A stretch of 64,000 bases of DNA from an uncultured Candidatus Rokubacteria bacterium. GTDB taxonomy: Bacteria; Methylomirabilota; Methylomirabilia; Rokubacteriales; DASRDR01. Position numbers and translations under genes: made by a program. The stretch spans positions 608,001 through 672,000 of the forward strand of contig CAWGVS010000005.1 of NCBI GenBank assembly GCA_963826115.1, in the 5' to 3' direction. Of this stretch, positions 63,101-64,000 are shown one piece after another. The notes under the pieces are model-generated. The model did no database searches. It was not told the DNA's origin and saw nothing but the letters and a program-made list of their open reading frames with translations. Every line of letters begins with the position of its first letter. Positions within the stretch are counted from its first letter, which is position 1.

Positions 63101-63266
63101 GGATGGCCGTGGACGGCCGGATGGAATCACCCGGCTTCGGGCGGCTGGCCGGCGCCTCGAGCGGCGTCCGGGAGTGTATTCTGTCAAGGACCCTGAATCT
63201 TCGACAGGGCTCGATGGGCTCGCTGCGGCGAGGACAGCGGACTGGCGGTGGCGACGGGTGAACCAA
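60114..63266 (-). CDS. Secreted LamG + PQQ-dependent sugar dehydrogenase (GSDH) + three Ig-like repeats
   Basis: Signal peptide; LamG (WHHVAVT, YVDG, IDEVR); GSDH (ERGLLGLAFHPNF, NHNGG, GLRNPWR); start codon uncertain. Confidence 0.85.
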   Translation of the reverse strand: MVHPSPPPVRCPRRSEPIEPCRRFRVLDRIHSRTPLEAPASRPKPGDSIRPSTAILLVIVWLGLLLSGPASATSLRFFGNGTGDIDRVKIKIDGPAVPADVGATDFTLEWWMRAAPDDNASEDVSCGSVDGWINGNILFDRDVFGDGDRGDYGVSLTGGRLAFGVSVGSIGNTICGTIDVTDDVWHHVAVTRRFSDGRLRIYVDGVLDAEGAGNVGPNQDVSYRDNRATAHPLSDPYLVIGAEKHDAGTEFPSYHGWIDEVRLSTGQRYTGTRFTRPFSLFTPDGSTAALYHLDEGTGNLIGDSASGGGSPGVRRFGGNPAGPAWASDGAPLESARRVALQKVISGLSRPVAMANSGDGRLFVVEADGRILAYDVNDTAPFASPDTFLDIRSLVNCCSERGLLGLAFHPNFASNGYFFVYYTRANGDVVLARYQAASAGANTVNPATAHVLLTVEHSTFSNHNGGGIAFGPDGYLYVPVGDGGGAGDPLHSGQNLGTLLGKILRLDVDVEDDPPPYYEIPPDNPFRNTPGALPEIWAWGLRNPWRIGFDRLSGDLFIADVGQDSREEVNLQLAGAPGGLNYGWPRMEGTACFNPSSGCQTGSLVLPILDYSQSEGGCSVIGGYRYRGAGLPTLNGAYVFGDYCAKKIWIGLQSASGSWSRADLIPTGFNISTFGEDSSGEIYVADLKGAIYRLARVPYGATYQASTFSATAGASLIVPVTLTNTGSLTWGANGAFRLAYHWYQGSTLVTWEGVRTTLPSTVPPGGSITLQAAVNAPTSAGAYTLKWDMIQQAVTWFSAQGVTPMAIPVTVTTGVPAYGATYQASTFGTTAGASLTVPVTLTNTGSLTWDANSPFRLSYHWYQGSTLVTWDGVRTTLPTAVPPGGSITLQAAVNAPTKAGSYTLKWDLVREFVTWFSPQGVAMKAVAVTVGPGAPPYGVTYQASAFSLKAGATVTVPVTLTNTGSLTWDGNSLFRLGYHWYQGPTLVTWEGVRTTLPSTVPPGGSITVQAVVTAPDTPGTYSLRWDLLRQTVAWFSQQGVATGNVTITVTP
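60117..61179 (-). repeat. Three tandem 357-bp intragenic repeats (119-aa NBR1-FW-like Ig domains)
   Basis: CAGGTGAGGGAGCCCGTGTTCGTCAGGGTCACGGG recurs at 60367, 60724, 61081. Confidence 0.92.
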
Positions 63267-63367
63267 ATCGCGAAGTGCGGTCCGAGGTTACCCCCAGTCG
63301 ATGCCGGCGGGTCATCGGGTGGCCCTCCTCGCCCTCGGGGCCTGGCGCGCACGGTGGTCAGAACCGA

Positions 63368-63383
63368 TGCAGTGCGCGTGCCA
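63368..63383 (-). promoter_or_regulatory. Sigma54 (-24/-12) promoter upstream of GSDH gene
   Basis: Minus strand TGGCAC-GCGCA-CTGCA (GG-N10-GC). Confidence 0.6.
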
Positions 63384-63791
63384 AGCACATCTCACTTCAA
63401 CGTAGCGGACCTGTAACTGAAGCCGGAACCGAAATCGACGAGGACGGGCGGCCCGAGCACGTCCGAGAGTCGCATCACATGCGCCGGCGCCGTCCTCGTC
63501 GGCACGTGGAAACGAAGCCACGCTCTGAAGGAAACGCAGGCCTCGTCGAGACGGTTCCTCGACGCGTCATGAACAGGGAAGAATGCCTCGTCCCGGATTG
63601 CGCGCCACGCTGCTCCACGCGATTGCCCGTCGAACGGGGCCGGCCATCGGCTCGGCACGCAAGGACAACGGCTGCGGGGAGCACCAGGTCTCGGATGGCA
63701 TCGCTAGCTTGTCGAGGACGCACCGTTCGAGGGATGATGCTGCCGCAGTGAGCCGGGGGCCACATCATCGTGTCCGACCGGAGGACCACGC

Positions 63792-64000
63792 GTGCGACTG
63801 ATCATGACGCTCCTGGTCCGCGACGAGGCGGACATCATTCGCCAGAACGTGGCATTTCACCTCGAACAGGGCGTGGACTTCATCCTTGTGACGGACAACG
63901 GCTCCGTCGACGGGACGCGGGACATACTCGAGGACTTGAGTCGTACGGGTCCGGTGCGCGTCATCGACGAGCCGAGCCGTGACTTCGCGCAGGGACAGTG
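63792..64000 (+). CDS. Glycosyltransferase family 2, N-terminal part (3' truncated by window)
   Basis: SD GGAGGA; MRLIMTLLVRDEADII..GVD..VTDNGSVDGT; not in the ORF track. Confidence 0.85.
   Translation, partial: MRLIMTLLVRDEADIIRQNVAFHLEQGVDFILVTDNGSVDGTRDILEDLSRTGPVRVIDEPSRDFAQGQ

Overview
Very GC-rich bacterial chromosome segment. Gene content and style suggest a soil lineage such as Rokubacteria/Methylomirabilota, but this is inference only. 1-11 kb: sufS 3' end, a NitT/TauT-type ABC importer with two paralogous binding proteins, a divergent ureohydrolase, an FmdB zinc-ribbon protein, a lactonase-family MBL, an M20 amidohydrolase, a frameshifted glyQS and a canonical agmatinase. 11-24.6 kb: mixed accessory genes (tag, nfeD-slipin, spermidine-synthase-like fusion, an orphan RiPP-precursor-like peptide, tRNA-Ala(CGC), sigma54-driven small genes, a polymerase-dead PolX-PHP, acdS). 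24.7-43.5 kb: housekeeping run led by a catalytically degenerate histidine kinase and a REC-HD-GYP protein, then HIT, an M16 pair, rhomboid, PGM/PMM, tlyA, nadK, recN, secA, smc. 43.5-64 kb: less GC-biased surface-glycan island with three copies of an RmlC-cupin/Gfo-Idh-MocA/GT2 cassette in different states of decay, a PhyH dioxygenase, a radical SAM enzyme, further glycosyltransferases and a LamG-GSDH-3xIg secreted protein. Many genes appear leaderless. Several single-base indels and amber stops suggest residual sequencing error as well as real decay. No CRISPR array, rRNA, integrase or transposase was seen.
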